Origin: Pseudomonadota bacterium
GTDB lineage: Bacteria; Pseudomonadota; Alphaproteobacteria; Sphingomonadales; Sphingomonadaceae
Length of the DNA: 64,000 bases
Assembly (NCBI GenBank): GCA_046734995.1
Contig: JBKPSK010000005.1
Location: 1,150-65,149, forward strand
Reading direction: 5' to 3'
Below, piece by piece: positions 51,690-62,200 of the stretch. Position numbers and translations under genes: made by a program. The first letter of the stretch is position 1. Each line of letters starts with the position of its first letter. The notes beneath the pieces were generated by a model. It had not been told where the DNA came from and made no database searches. It was given only the letters and a program-made list of their open reading frames with translations.

Positions 51690-53117
51690 TCAGTCCTCCT
51701 GTAAGTTCGGATCGCGCAGGCCGTCGCCGATGGCCGCGCGTGCCAGTTCCGCTTCGCTGCTGGTGACCGGGTAAGCGCAATAATCGGCGGCGTAATAGGC
51801 GCTCGGCCGATGATTGCCGGACAGGCCGATGCCGCCGAACGGCGCGTTCGAAGGCGCGCCATTGGTCGGCTTGTTCCAGTTGATGACCCCGGCGCGGGCC
51901 TGTGCCCAAAATTTGTCGTACATCGCCGGACTACCGCCGACGAGGCTGGCCGAAAGGCCGAAGCGCGTGTTGTTCGCCTCTGCGATTGCCGCGTCGAAAT
52001 CCTTCACGCGAATCAGCTGCAGGACCGGGCCGAACAGCTCTTCGTCCCGCCGGTCACGGACATCGGTGACGTCGATCAGCGCCGGTGTCAGGAACGGCTT
52101 GTCCTCGGAAAGCCGGTCCAGCCGCCTTATCGGCTTGCCGCCTTTCATCATCAGCTCGACCCACTGGTCTTGCAGATGATGCGCGGCGTCATTGTCGATC
52201 ACCGGACCCATGAACGGCGGCGGCTTGGCATGGGGATGGTCGACAATCAGCCGGTCGATCAGCTCGCTCATTGCCTCGACCAGCTTCTCTTCCTTGCCAT
52301 CCTCGACGATCAGCCGGCGTGCCGCCGTGCAGCGCTGGCCCGCCGACAGATAGGCCGACTGGACGGCGATGACCGCCGCTGCCTCCATGTCCTTGGCGTT
52401 CCATACGATCAGGGGATTGTTGCCGCCCAGCTCGAGCGCCAGGATTTTGTTCGGCGTGTCAGCGAACTGCTTGTGGAGCGACAGGCCGGCGCGCACCGAG
52501 CCGGTGAACAGCAGACCGTCGATGCCCGGCTCGGCGGCTAGCGCCCGGCCTTCGTCGGGCCCACCGACGAGCAGCCGCAAGACGCCCTCGGGAATGCCGG
52601 CGGCATGGAAGCATTCGACCAGCATTGCGCCACTGGCTGGGGTTTTCTCCGACGGCTTGAAGACCACGGCATTGCCGGCGATCAGCGCCGGAACGATGTG
52701 CCCGTTGGGAAGGTGCGCGGGGAAATTATAGGGCCCAAGGACGGCCAGCACGCCATGCGGCTTGTGGCGAACGGCGATCTTGTTGCCCAGCGCCGCCTCG
52801 AGCCGCCGCATCGGCGTCCGGTCCATGTAGGCGGACGCCGAAATCTCGACTTTATTGATGACCGCGCCGACCTCGGTCTTGGCTTCCCATAAGGGCTTGC
52901 CGGTTTCGCGGGCGATGAGGTCCGCGAAGTCGCCTTCGCGCGAGCGCACCTCATTGGCGAAGCGGCGCAATGTCTCGATCCGATAGGCAATGCTGTGCGC
53001 GGCCCACTCCGGCCAAGCCGCGCGCGCGGCGGCGACTTCGGCCGCCGGATCGCCGATGGACCCCGACCACAGTTCCGCCCCTGTCGCCGGTTCAAAGGAT
53101 TTGAGGAGGGTCGCCAT
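51690..53117 (-). CDS. astD: Succinylglutamate-semialdehyde dehydrogenase
   Basis: GPYNFPAHLPNGH, ELGGNNP, SAGQRCT, SGNHRPSAYYAADYCAYP. Confidence 0.95.
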   Translation of the reverse strand: MATLLKSFEPATGAELWSGSIGDPAAEVAAARAAWPEWAAHSIAYRIETLRRFANEVRSREGDFADLIARETGKPLWEAKTEVGAVINKVEISASAYMDRTPMRRLEAALGNKIAVRHKPHGVLAVLGPYNFPAHLPNGHIVPALIAGNAVVFKPSEKTPASGAMLVECFHAAGIPEGVLRLLVGGPDEGRALAAEPGIDGLLFTGSVRAGLSLHKQFADTPNKILALELGGNNPLIVWNAKDMEAAAVIAVQSAYLSAGQRCTAARRLIVEDGKEEKLVEAMSELIDRLIVDHPHAKPPPFMGPVIDNDAAHHLQDQWVELMMKGGKPIRRLDRLSEDKPFLTPALIDVTDVRDRRDEELFGPVLQLIRVKDFDAAIAEANNTRFGLSASLVGGSPAMYDKFWAQARAGVINWNKPTNGAPSNAPFGGIGLSGNHRPSAYYAADYCAYPVTSSEAELARAAIGDGLRDPNLQED

Positions 53118-53150
53118 TCCCGCGCCTCGGTAAAGGCTCGCCGGTTGCGG

Positions 53151-54539
53151 TCAAGCCGCGAGCATTGCTTCGCCCATCCTGCGGATGGCGGCGATCTTGG
53201 CCTCGAACAGCGACCAGTCGTCGGCGTCCGCGATGGCGTCCCAGATCGCCTCGACCTCGTCGATATGCATTGAGCAGGGCTGCTCACCACTCCAATAGGG
53301 ATGCTGGCGAGCAGAGGGATTGTCGCGGCCTTCGAGCGCGTTGGCCAGGGCTCGGAAAGCCTCGCCCGGATAAGCCTCGGCGCCGGGACTACGACCTCCA
53401 CGCCAATCGAAGAATGCCCGATCGATGCCTGCCTCCCCTGACTGCAGTGCCCTGATCAGCTCAGTAGCCAATAGCCGATCGTCGGATGGTTCGCGCCGCT
53501 CGACGCCGAGCCGCTTGAGCAGGCCGTCGACGAGCTCCGTCTCGAAGCTTTGGCCCCAGCCGCGCAGGAGATCGGCGAGCATCGGCGCCTCGGCAATCAG
53601 GGCCAGGCAGCCGGCCAGTTGCGCAAGGTCCCAGTGGATCGCCTCAGGCTGGCGCCCGAACGCGTAAAGGCCGGTCTCGTCGAAATAGGCCGCGGTGAAT
53701 ACCTCATCCCATTCGGGTGTAAACCGCCAGGGACCGTAGTCGAAGCTCTCGCCGGTGATGGCAATATTGTCGCTGTTGAGCACGCCGTGGACGAAACCCG
53801 CCGCCATGTAGGAAGCTGCCAGCCGCGCTGTTGCTCCCGCAACCAGCTCGAACAGGCGGATGGCATTGGCCGCATCGTCCGCCGCAGGCTTTTCGCCGTA
53901 CAGATGCTTCAGGCAATAGCGGGTGAGCTTCGCGATATTCTCAGCCTGCTCGAAGAAAGCCAGGCGCTGGAACGTGCCGATCCGAATATGCCCGTGGCTT
54001 AGCCGGGTGAGCACCGACGAGCGCGTCGGCGACGGCTCATCGCCGCGAACCAATTGCTCGCCGGTTTCGAATAAAGCGAAGCTTTTCGATGTGTTGGCGC
54101 CCAGTGCCTCGAGCATCTCCGTAGCCAGCACCTCGCGCACGCCGCCCTTGAGCGTCAGGCGACCGTCGCCGAAGCGGCTGTAGGGCGTCTGGCCTGATCC
54201 CTTGGTGCCGAGGTCGAGCAGGCGGCCCTTGTCATCGCGCAACTGGGCGAAGAGGAAGCCTCGTCCGTCGCCGATCTCGGGATTGTAGCTGCGGAACTGG
54301 TGGCCGTGGTAGCGAAGCGCCAGCGGCTGCTGCAGATTGTCCGGCAGCGGTTCAAAGCGGAGGAAATGCCGCGCCCAGCCTTCCTCATCGAGGTCGCTCA
54401 GCCCGACCCTTTCAGCCCAGCGCCGGTTGAGGAAACGCGGAATGCCGACTGGAAAGCGCGCCGGCTCGACCGCGTCATAAAAGTCTGTGCCCAGCTCCAG
54501 GATCTTCGGGTCCGGACGATAGGGTTGCCGCGGCGCCAT
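53151..54539 (-). CDS. selO: Protein adenylyltransferase SelO (YdiU)
   Basis: YHGHQF, GDGRG, KGSGQTPYSRFGDGR, GFVHGVLNSDN, DYGP. Confidence 0.93.
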   Translation of the reverse strand: MAPRQPYRPDPKILELGTDFYDAVEPARFPVGIPRFLNRRWAERVGLSDLDEEGWARHFLRFEPLPDNLQQPLALRYHGHQFRSYNPEIGDGRGFLFAQLRDDKGRLLDLGTKGSGQTPYSRFGDGRLTLKGGVREVLATEMLEALGANTSKSFALFETGEQLVRGDEPSPTRSSVLTRLSHGHIRIGTFQRLAFFEQAENIAKLTRYCLKHLYGEKPAADDAANAIRLFELVAGATARLAASYMAAGFVHGVLNSDNIAITGESFDYGPWRFTPEWDEVFTAAYFDETGLYAFGRQPEAIHWDLAQLAGCLALIAEAPMLADLLRGWGQSFETELVDGLLKRLGVERREPSDDRLLATELIRALQSGEAGIDRAFFDWRGGRSPGAEAYPGEAFRALANALEGRDNPSARQHPYWSGEQPCSMHIDEVEAIWDAIADADDWSLFEAKIAAIRRMGEAMLAA

Positions 54540-54580
54540 CCGCCCGCGATAGGGGAGGACAGGCAACGGGGGAACCGTCG

Positions 54581-55462
54581 ATGGCTGAGTGGCAGGACCG
54601 TTATTGGAATAGTAGGGACGGTCTCCGGCTGCATTATCGCGACTATGCCGGACCGCCCGAGCGGCCACCGATCCTTTGCCTGCCCGGCCTCACCCGCAAT
54701 TCCCGCGATTTCGAGCCAGTCGCCGACCGTTTAGCCGGCGATTGGCGCATCATCGCCGTAGAGTTCCGCGGCCGCGGGCAATCGCAGCACGATCCGAAGC
54801 CGGCGAACTACACGCCGGCGACCTATACCGCCGACGTGCTCAAGCTGCTCGACCAGCTCGGCATCGCCGACGCGGTGTTCTTCGGCACGTCGCTTGGCGG
54901 CCTCGTGACCATGCTAATGAGCGGCAACGATCCGGAGCGGATCGCCGGCGCCATGATCAACGACATCGGCCCGGTGATCGAGCCGGCGGCAATCGAGCGC
55001 CTGCGTTCCTATGTCGGCAAGGGCGGCCACTGGGCGAGCTGGGCGGAGGCCGGCGAGGCGGCGGCAACGATCAACCGCATCGCCTTCCCACATTACACGG
55101 CTCCGGATTGGGAGCGCTTCGTTCGCCGCCTGTGCAGCGAGCGGCCCGACGGCAGTATCCAGCCTGACTATGACATGGCTATCCGACAGTCCTTTGCAAC
55201 GAGCGACGGCTCGCCTGACTTTGACCCCTGGCCATTGCTCGACGGCCTCGTCGACAAGCCGGTCCTGATTGTGCGCGGCGAAATCAGCGACCTGTTTTCC
55301 GCGGAAACCGCGGCGCGGATGGTCGCCAAGCTTCCGAAGGCGGAGCTGGTCACTGTCCCTCGCATCGGCCATGCGCCAGTCCTCGACGAGCCCGAGGCAG
55401 CTGCCGGAATCGACCGGCTGCTTGCCAGAGTGCTTTCGGAGCACGTGATCCAGGCGGATTAG
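54581..55462 (+). CDS. Alpha/beta fold hydrolase
   Basis: LPGLTRNSRDF, GTSLGG, NDIGP, GHAP. Confidence 0.92.
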   Translation: MAEWQDRYWNSRDGLRLHYRDYAGPPERPPILCLPGLTRNSRDFEPVADRLAGDWRIIAVEFRGRGQSQHDPKPANYTPATYTADVLKLLDQLGIADAVFFGTSLGGLVTMLMSGNDPERIAGAMINDIGPVIEPAAIERLRSYVGKGGHWASWAEAGEAAATINRIAFPHYTAPDWERFVRRLCSERPDGSIQPDYDMAIRQSFATSDGSPDFDPWPLLDGLVDKPVLIVRGEISDLFSAETAARMVAKLPKAELVTVPRIGHAPVLDEPEAAAGIDRLLARVLSEHVIQAD

Positions 55463-56043
55463 GCGGTCAGCCGCTTGAGCTTGGCCAGCGCTCCCGCATC
55501 GGTCTCGTCCGGCGAAATGGTCGACTGGAATTGCTCTCTACGGTCGAACAGCAGGACCGTGGCGGTATGGTCGACAGTGTAGGTGTCGCCGGTGCCGACC
55601 TTCTGCGAGAAAATACCGAATTGCTTTTTGACCTGGCCGATCTGCGCCGGGCTACCCGTCAAGCCGGTGATCGGCGCTCCGAACAAGTCCGCGTAAGCGC
55701 CGACTTCGCCCGGGCCGTCCCGCTCCGGGTCGACGGTTACGAAGACGATCTGGAAAGACCGCTCATCGCCCAGCTGCCGGCGAAGCTTGACCAGCCGCGC
55801 CAGCGTCGTCGGGCAGACGTCGGGGCAATGGGTGAAGCCGAAGAAGATCGCATAGGGCCGTCCGGCCAGCTTGTTGCTGGCGAACGGCTGTCCCTTGCTG
55901 TCGACCAAGGTGAAGGGACCGCCGAACGCGACCTGGGTGGGCGGGCTCTGCGGCGCTTCGGAGTGCTGGCGAATATAAAAGGCGCCGAAACCGGCGACCG
56001 CGGCGGCGACCAGCACCCACAGGATGATTCGCAAAGCCTTCAT
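55459..56043 (-). CDS. SCO1/SenC copper chaperone
   Basis: FGFTHCPDVCP, VDPERD, VDH. Confidence 0.95.
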   Translation of the reverse strand: MKALRIILWVLVAAAVAGFGAFYIRQHSEAPQSPPTQVAFGGPFTLVDSKGQPFASNKLAGRPYAIFFGFTHCPDVCPTTLARLVKLRRQLGDERSFQIVFVTVDPERDGPGEVGAYADLFGAPITGLTGSPAQIGQVKKQFGIFSQKVGTGDTYTVDHTATVLLFDRREQFQSTISPDETDAGALAKLKRLTA

Positions 56044-56490
56044 CTAGTGGCTGGCCGGCGCATCATTGGCCGGTTTGACGGTGATAGCCACCTTCCTTGG
56101 CCCCGACTTGCCGAACAGCAGGGTCACGTCAAAGCGATCGCCGGCATGCAGCGGCTTCTTCAGCCCCATCACCATGACGTGCGCGCCGCCCGGCGTCAGC
56201 ATGAGAGTACCATTCGACGGCACGACTAGGCCCTCCTTCGGGTCGATCGGCCGCATGCGCATAACTCCGCCGTCCATCGAGCTTTCGTGGAGCATGGCCT
56301 GGCCGATGGACGAGCGGACGCCCGTCAATTTGTCGGCGCCGCCCATGTTGCTGATGGTCAGATAAGCGGCGGCTGCGTCCGACTGGCCGGTTTCACGAGC
56401 CCAGCCGTCGTCGACGGCCAGTTTCGGGACAGCGGGCGAACAGGCGGCAAGCGATGCGATGGCGATTCCAAGAAGGATGGCTCTCAACAT
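56044..56490 (-). CDS. PCu(A)C copper chaperone lipoprotein
   Basis: Lipobox LAAC, AAYLTI, H..M...M...HVM motif. Confidence 0.93.
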   Translation of the reverse strand: MLRAILLGIAIASLAACSPAVPKLAVDDGWARETGQSDAAAAYLTISNMGGADKLTGVRSSIGQAMLHESSMDGGVMRMRPIDPKEGLVVPSNGTLMLTPGGAHVMVMGLKKPLHAGDRFDVTLLFGKSGPRKVAITVKPANDAPASH

Positions 56491-56590
56491 GCGGGCCCTA
56501 TGCGTGGCAACGCGTTGGCCCGCAAGCCGTCACAGGATCTGCTGCCTAATCCAAAGAAACTTCTGGATTTTTCGGCGGCCTGGATTATTA

Positions 56591-56606
56591 TGTACCGGTC
56601 GATATG
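56591..56606. promoter_or_regulatory. Degenerate TetR operator overlapping the tetR start
   Basis: TGTACCGGTCGATATG, half-site TGTACC matches the sites at 57259-57320. Confidence 0.55.
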
Positions 56607-57215
56607 AATAAACCCGAGATCGTTTCGCCTCGCGGCAGGCCGCGCGAATTCTGCGTGGACCATGCGCTCGCACAGGCGCTTCGCGTCTTCTGGAGCAAGG
56701 GCTACGAGGGCACCTCGCTCAATGACCTGACGGAGGCGATGGGAATCACGCGTCCGAGCCTCTATGCGGCTTTCGGCAACAAGGAATCCCTCTTCCGCAA
56801 GGCGCTCGATCTCTATGAGCGCGACAAGCTGGCCTATGTCGGCAAGTCCCTGGCCGAGCCGACTGCACGCCAAGTTGCCGAATCCATGTTGCGTGGCGCG
56901 GTCGACACCATAACGGGGCAAAGCGACCCGCACGGTTGCCTTGGGGTCATCGCCTCGGTTTCCTGTGGCGCCGAAGCTGCGTCGATACGCGAAGAAGTGC
57001 TTGCACGCGGCAAGGTCGCCAGGCGGGCGTTGATCAACCGCCTGGAGCGGGCCAAGGCAGAGGGCGATCTGCCCGCGCATGTCGATGTCGATGCACTGAC
57101 CAACCTCATGTACGCCGTCGTCCAGGGCATGTCGGTCCAGGCCGGCGCGGGCGCGACTCGGGAGGAGCTTCGGCGGACCGCCGACACCGTCCTCAAGATG
57201 TGGTTCACGGGCTGA
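56604..57215 (+). CDS. TetR/AcrR family regulator (ComR-like subfamily)
   Basis: RGRPREF, FWSKGYEGTS, PSLYAAFGNKE, QGMSVQA. Confidence 0.95.
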   Translation: MNKPEIVSPRGRPREFCVDHALAQALRVFWSKGYEGTSLNDLTEAMGITRPSLYAAFGNKESLFRKALDLYERDKLAYVGKSLAEPTARQVAESMLRGAVDTITGQSDPHGCLGVIASVSCGAEAASIREEVLARGKVARRALINRLERAKAEGDLPAHVDVDALTNLMYAVVQGMSVQAGAGATREELRRTADTVLKMWFTG

Positions 57216-57258
57216 TTTCCATTCTCATCAGCGAGTCTTATGGCCTCACATGAATTTT

Positions 57259-57320
57259 TTTATCAGCCGGTACAGAAACTCGCTTGACGGCAACTGCCTA
57301 GCTTTGTACTGACCGGTACA
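57259..57320 (+). promoter_or_regulatory. Efflux operon promoter with two TetR operators
   Basis: TTTATCAGCCGGTACA (57259-74) and TGTACTGACCGGTACA (57305-20) flank TTGACG (57284-89). Confidence 0.7.
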
Positions 57321-57519
57321 GAAAGCGCTGCACCTTATTCAGGCGCCGCTTTCAATTTTGTCTTCCGCGGGACCAGAAGCCCGCCTGTGCATCGTAACAA
57401 ATTGCAGCGTCGAAGCGGGGAGCTTTGCCGCTGAGCAACACCGAGCGATCAGGGGCGGCCGTACGCGCCGGAATGCAGATTCCGGCCGATGGTGCGGCTT
57501 GCCCGGAAGGAGAAAGGCA

Positions 57520-57924
57520 TTGGCCTATCTTGCGCGAATTGAGCCCGGTCGACCGGATACCATCGCCCTGTCGGTCGTTCATGCGCCCGTTGCGGCAAAT
57601 CCGGAATTCTCACCATTGGAATGGTCGGTGATCCGGCTTGCGCGGGTCGACGACCTGTGGACCATCCGGCCGTCGGGACCAATCCGCCGCTTAGCGAATT
57701 GGCTGGTCGGGCGCCCCAACCCCGAGCTGGCCAATGCCCAGCTTGAGGCGCTTCGCAAGATGGCGGTGCTCAGCTGGCATTTCGGTTTCACGGTTCCCGG
57801 CGAGGACGTCGCCGACTTCCTTTCGGCAGGATTCAGCCCAGCCCAATACGAGCTCCTCGTGAATTGCGTCATCAAGGCCGTCAATTCACCCGTCCCAGGC
57901 CAATCGCCGGAGGCCTTCGCCTGA
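57520..57924 (+). CDS. Hypothetical protein leading the RND operon
   Basis: AAGGAG RBS plus TTG; MAYLARIEP..FSPLEWSVI..LEALR..AGFS; TGATG coupling to the MFP gene. Confidence 0.75.
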   Translation: MAYLARIEPGRPDTIALSVVHAPVAANPEFSPLEWSVIRLARVDDLWTIRPSGPIRRLANWLVGRPNPELANAQLEALRKMAVLSWHFGFTVPGEDVADFLSAGFSPAQYELLVNCVIKAVNSPVPGQSPEAFA

Positions 57925-59222
57925 TGTTCTTTCGCAAGGACGAATTCGCCGATGTCTACGCAGACGGGCAGGGCCGTTCGCTGATTGTCAGATTCCGTCG
58001 CCAGCCCCTTGGCGCGCGGATCGGCATGGCATTGATCTCCCTGATCCTGATAGCTGGAATAGCCTATTGGTTGTTCGGCGGCGGCAAGCCTCCTGCCCAG
58101 GCAATGCCTCCCGCCGAGGTTACGGTCGCGACGCCGTTGCAGCGCACGATCATCGAATATGACGAGTTCACCGGCCAGTTCGAGCCGAGCCGTACGGTCG
58201 AGATTCGCCCGCGCGTCTCGGGCCAGTTGGTCGGCGTGCATTTCCACGACGGCGATTACGTCCAGCAGGGCCAGTTGCTGTTCACTATCGACCCGCGTCC
58301 TTTCCGGGCCGAGCTCGCGGAAGCCCAGGCGCGGGCGTTGGCGGCGCGGGCGGCTTCGAAACTCGCGGCCGTCCAGCTCACGCGCGCGCAGCGGCTGCTT
58401 CCCAAGGGCTTCGTTTCGCGTGACGATTACGACATTCGTCAGGAAGCAGATCGATCCGCCCGAGCCAATATCGCCGCTACCGACGCCATTGTCCGGCAAC
58501 GGGCGCTAGACCTCGAGTTCACGCAGGTGCGCGCCCCGGTCAGCGGCCGGATTTCCGACCGGCGGGCCGATCCGGGCACTTTGCTCGCCGGCGGCAACGG
58601 CGAGGATGCAACCTTGCTGACGACGATCAACGCCGTCGATCCGATCTACTTCACGTTCGACGTTTCCGAGGCGTTGCTGCTCAAGGCGCAACGCCTGCGC
58701 ACCGCCGGCGACGACGCCCCGCAGTCGGTCGAGATCCGCCTTCAGGATGAGCCCGACTATCGCTGGCGCGGGACGGTCGACTTCACCGACAACGGCATCG
58801 AACGCAATTCGGGCACTATCCGCGCCCGTGCCGTCGTCGCCAATGGTGATGGCTTCCTCGTTCCCGGGGTTTTCGGCAGCATGCGGCTGTCGAGCCGCCA
58901 GCCGGTCAGCGTGCTGCTGGTGCCTGACAGCGCGGTCGTGACGGACCAGGCCGGCAAAATCGTCATGACCATCGGCAAGGACGGCAAGGCAGTGCCGGTA
59001 CCGGTCACCATTGGTCCCGTGATCGACGGCCTGCGGGTGATCCGCGGCGGTCTTGCTCCGGATGCCAAAGTTGTCATTCGCGGCCACCAGCGCATGTTCC
59101 CCGGCGTGCCGATCAAGCCCAAGCTCGGTCGGATTGTGCCTGAGCCCGCGAAGCCCGGCAGTCCCGTCGTCAGCCCGCCGGCGGCGAGCAGCGCCACGTT
59201 CGCCTCCGGCCAGGCGCACTAA
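57924..59222 (+). CDS. RND periplasmic adaptor (MFP)
   Basis: VEIRPRVSG, LLFTIDPRPF, APVSGRI, GTIRARA. Confidence 0.95.
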   Translation: MFFRKDEFADVYADGQGRSLIVRFRRQPLGARIGMALISLILIAGIAYWLFGGGKPPAQAMPPAEVTVATPLQRTIIEYDEFTGQFEPSRTVEIRPRVSGQLVGVHFHDGDYVQQGQLLFTIDPRPFRAELAEAQARALAARAASKLAAVQLTRAQRLLPKGFVSRDDYDIRQEADRSARANIAATDAIVRQRALDLEFTQVRAPVSGRISDRRADPGTLLAGGNGEDATLLTTINAVDPIYFTFDVSEALLLKAQRLRTAGDDAPQSVEIRLQDEPDYRWRGTVDFTDNGIERNSGTIRARAVVANGDGFLVPGVFGSMRLSSRQPVSVLLVPDSAVVTDQAGKIVMTIGKDGKAVPVPVTIGPVIDGLRVIRGGLAPDAKVVIRGHQRMFPGVPIKPKLGRIVPEPAKPGSPVVSPPAASSATFASGQAH

Positions 59223-59225
59223 GCC

Positions 59226-62200
59226 ATGCGCCTTTCCCGGATCTTCATCGATCGACCAATCTTTGCGGCGGTCATCGCCATTATCATCACGCTCGTTGGC
59301 GCGATCTCTTATTTGAGCCTGCCGGTGGCGCAATATCCGGAGGTCGTCCCGCCGACGATCACCATCAGCGCCTCCTATCCGGGCGCGTCGGCCGAGACCG
59401 TCTCCGACACGGTCGCTTCTCCGATCGAGCAGCAGATCAACGGCGTCGACGACATGATCTACATGTCGAGCCAATCGACCGGCGACGGCCGCGTCACGAT
59501 CACTGTCACGTTCAAGCTCGGCACCAACCTGGATAAGGCGCAGGTACTGGTGCAGAACCGTGTTGCCATCGCCGAGCCGGCCTTGCCGGAGGAAGTGCGG
59601 CGGCTGGGCGTCGTCACGCGCAAATCTCTCCCGTCCTGGCTGATGGCGATCAACATCATCTCGCCCGATCACTCGCGCGACCGCGCCTATATGTCGAATT
59701 ACATCCTAAGCCAGGTTCGCGATCGGCTGACCCGTGTCGACGGCATTGGCGACGTGCAGATTTTCGGCGGGCGCGATTATGCGATGCGCGTTTGGATCGA
59801 CCCGGGCCGTGCCGCAGCGCGCGGTATGACGGCAGGAGAAGTCGTGGCCGCACTACGCGCCCAGAATGTGCAGGTCGCGTCCGGCACGGTCGGCCAGCCG
59901 CCGTACGACAATGGCTCGGCCTTCCAGCTGAACGTCGAGACACAGGGCCGTTTCAAGGATCCGCAGGAATTCGCCCGGATTATCGTCAAGACCGCTCCGG
60001 ACGGCTCCATAACACGCGTTGCCGACATCGCGCGCGTCGAGCTCGGCGCCGATGACTATGGCGTTAACGGCTATTTGTCGGGTGAGGAATCCTTGATCCT
60101 CGGCATCACGCAGCGGCCGGGCACCAATGCGCTCGCCGCGGCGCAGGGCGTGCTCAATGAAATGGAATCGGCGTCAAAGGAATTCCCAGCCGGCGTCGCC
60201 TATCGGGTCATCTGGAACCCGACCGAGTTCATCAGCAAGTCGATGGAAGCAGTACAGGTGACCTTGCTCGAGGCGATCGCTTTGGTCGTCCTCGTCATCA
60301 TCGTCTTCCTGCAGAGCTGGCGGGCGGCGGTCATCCCCGTCGTGGCCATTCCCGTATCACTGATTGGCGCATTCGCGGTGCTCGCGGGCCTGGGATATTC
60401 GCTCAATACCTTGTCGATGTTCGGGTTGGTCCTGGCCATCGGCATTGTCGTCGATGACGCGATTGTCGTCGTCGAGAATGTCGAACGCAATCTCGAGAAG
60501 GGCCTGACTCCGCGCGAGGCTGCCCGGCGATCGATGGACGAAGTGTCCACTGCTTTGGTCGCCATCGTCCTGGTGCTGTGCGCGGTGTTCGTGCCGACGA
60601 TGTTCCTGACGGGCCTGTCCGGAGAATTCTACCGCCAGTTCGCGGTGACGATCTCCAGCGCGACCTTGATTTCGCTGCTCTTGTCGCTGACCTTGTCGCC
60701 GGCTCTGGCCGCATTGCTCCTGAAGCCCAGGGACGAGGCACCGGGCGCCGGGTTCCGGCGCATGCTCCACTCGGCTGGTGACTGGTTCAACCGCAATTTC
60801 AACCGTTTTTCGGCCTGGTACGGTCGGGTGACAGCCAAGCTGATCAACAATCCGCGAAAGGTCCTGCTGACCTATGGCGGCCTGATCGCGGGGACGGTGG
60901 CCCTGTTCTTGATGACTCCGTCCGGCTTCATCCCGGCGCAAGACCAGGGCTATGCACTCGCCGTCGTCCAGCTTCCGCCGGGCAGCTCGATCAGCCGCAC
61001 CGACGCGGTGCTGAAAAAAGTCGCTGCGCGCCTCGTCAAGATCGAGGGCGTCCAGGACGCCGTCATGTTTGCCGGTTTCGATGGCGCCTCCGGCACGCAA
61101 TCGTCCAATGCCGGCGCCGCCTACCTTGCCTTCAAGGGCTACGGCTGGCGTTCGAAACACGGCCGGTCGGAAGCGGCCATCATGGACGACATGCGCAAGG
61201 CTGTGTCCGATATCGACGAAGCGATGGTCTTCGTCGTTTCGCCGCCGGTCATCCAGGGCATTGGCTCAGGCGGCTTTCGGATGATCATCCAGGACCGCGG
61301 CGATGTCGGCTTTAAGGCGATGGAAGGCGCGGCATTCGCCTTCATGGGTCAGGCGGCGCAGACGCCGGGGCTCGCAAACGTCTTTACCCTTTATAATGCC
61401 GCGACCCCGCGCGTGTATGCGGACGTCGACCGCACCAAGGCCGACATGCTTGGCGTCGATCCGAGCAAGGTCTTCGAGGCCCTGCAGGTCTATCTCGGCT
61501 CGGCCTACGTCAATGACTTCAACCTGCTCGGCCGCACCTATCACGTCACCGCCCAGGCGGACTCCCGATTCCGCGACGACACGGCCGACATTGCGCAGCT
61601 CAAGACCCGCTCGGCGACCGGCGAGATGGTCCCGATCGGCTCGATCGCAACCTTCCAGGACCGCACGGGCCCGTATCGGGTGACGCGTTACAATCTGTTT
61701 CCCGCCATCGAGATGGATGGCGAGGCGGCGCCGGGATTCTCGACCGGGCAGGCGATGGAACAGATGGAAAAGGTTGCCCAGAGCCTCGGGCCGGCATTCC
61801 GGACGGAATGGACCGACATCGCCTATCAGCAGCGAGCGGCCGGCAACACGGCGGGAATCGTGTTCGGGCTGGCGGTAGTCTTCGTCTTCCTGGTCCTCGC
61901 CGCCCAGTTCGAAAGCCTCACTTTGCCCGTCGCCGTGATCCTGATCGTGCCGATGACACTGCTGGCGGCGATGATCGGCGTCAATTTGCGCGGCATGGAC
62001 AATAATATCCTGACCCAGATCGGCCTGATCGTTTTGATCGCTCTGGCGGCGAAGAATGCCATCCTGATCGTCGAGTTCGCCAAGCAGGCCGAGGAACGGG
62101 GAGCATCGATCGTCGATGCCGCCGTGGAGGCGGCACGCATCCGGCTGCGCCCGATCCTGATGACCAGCTTCGCCTTCATCCTTGGCACGCTGCCGCTGGT

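Noticed and set aside
53151-53200. Selenocysteine readthrough at the selO TGA stop
   Set aside because: No C-terminal CxxU-like context or evident SECIS; astD begins 33 bp downstream
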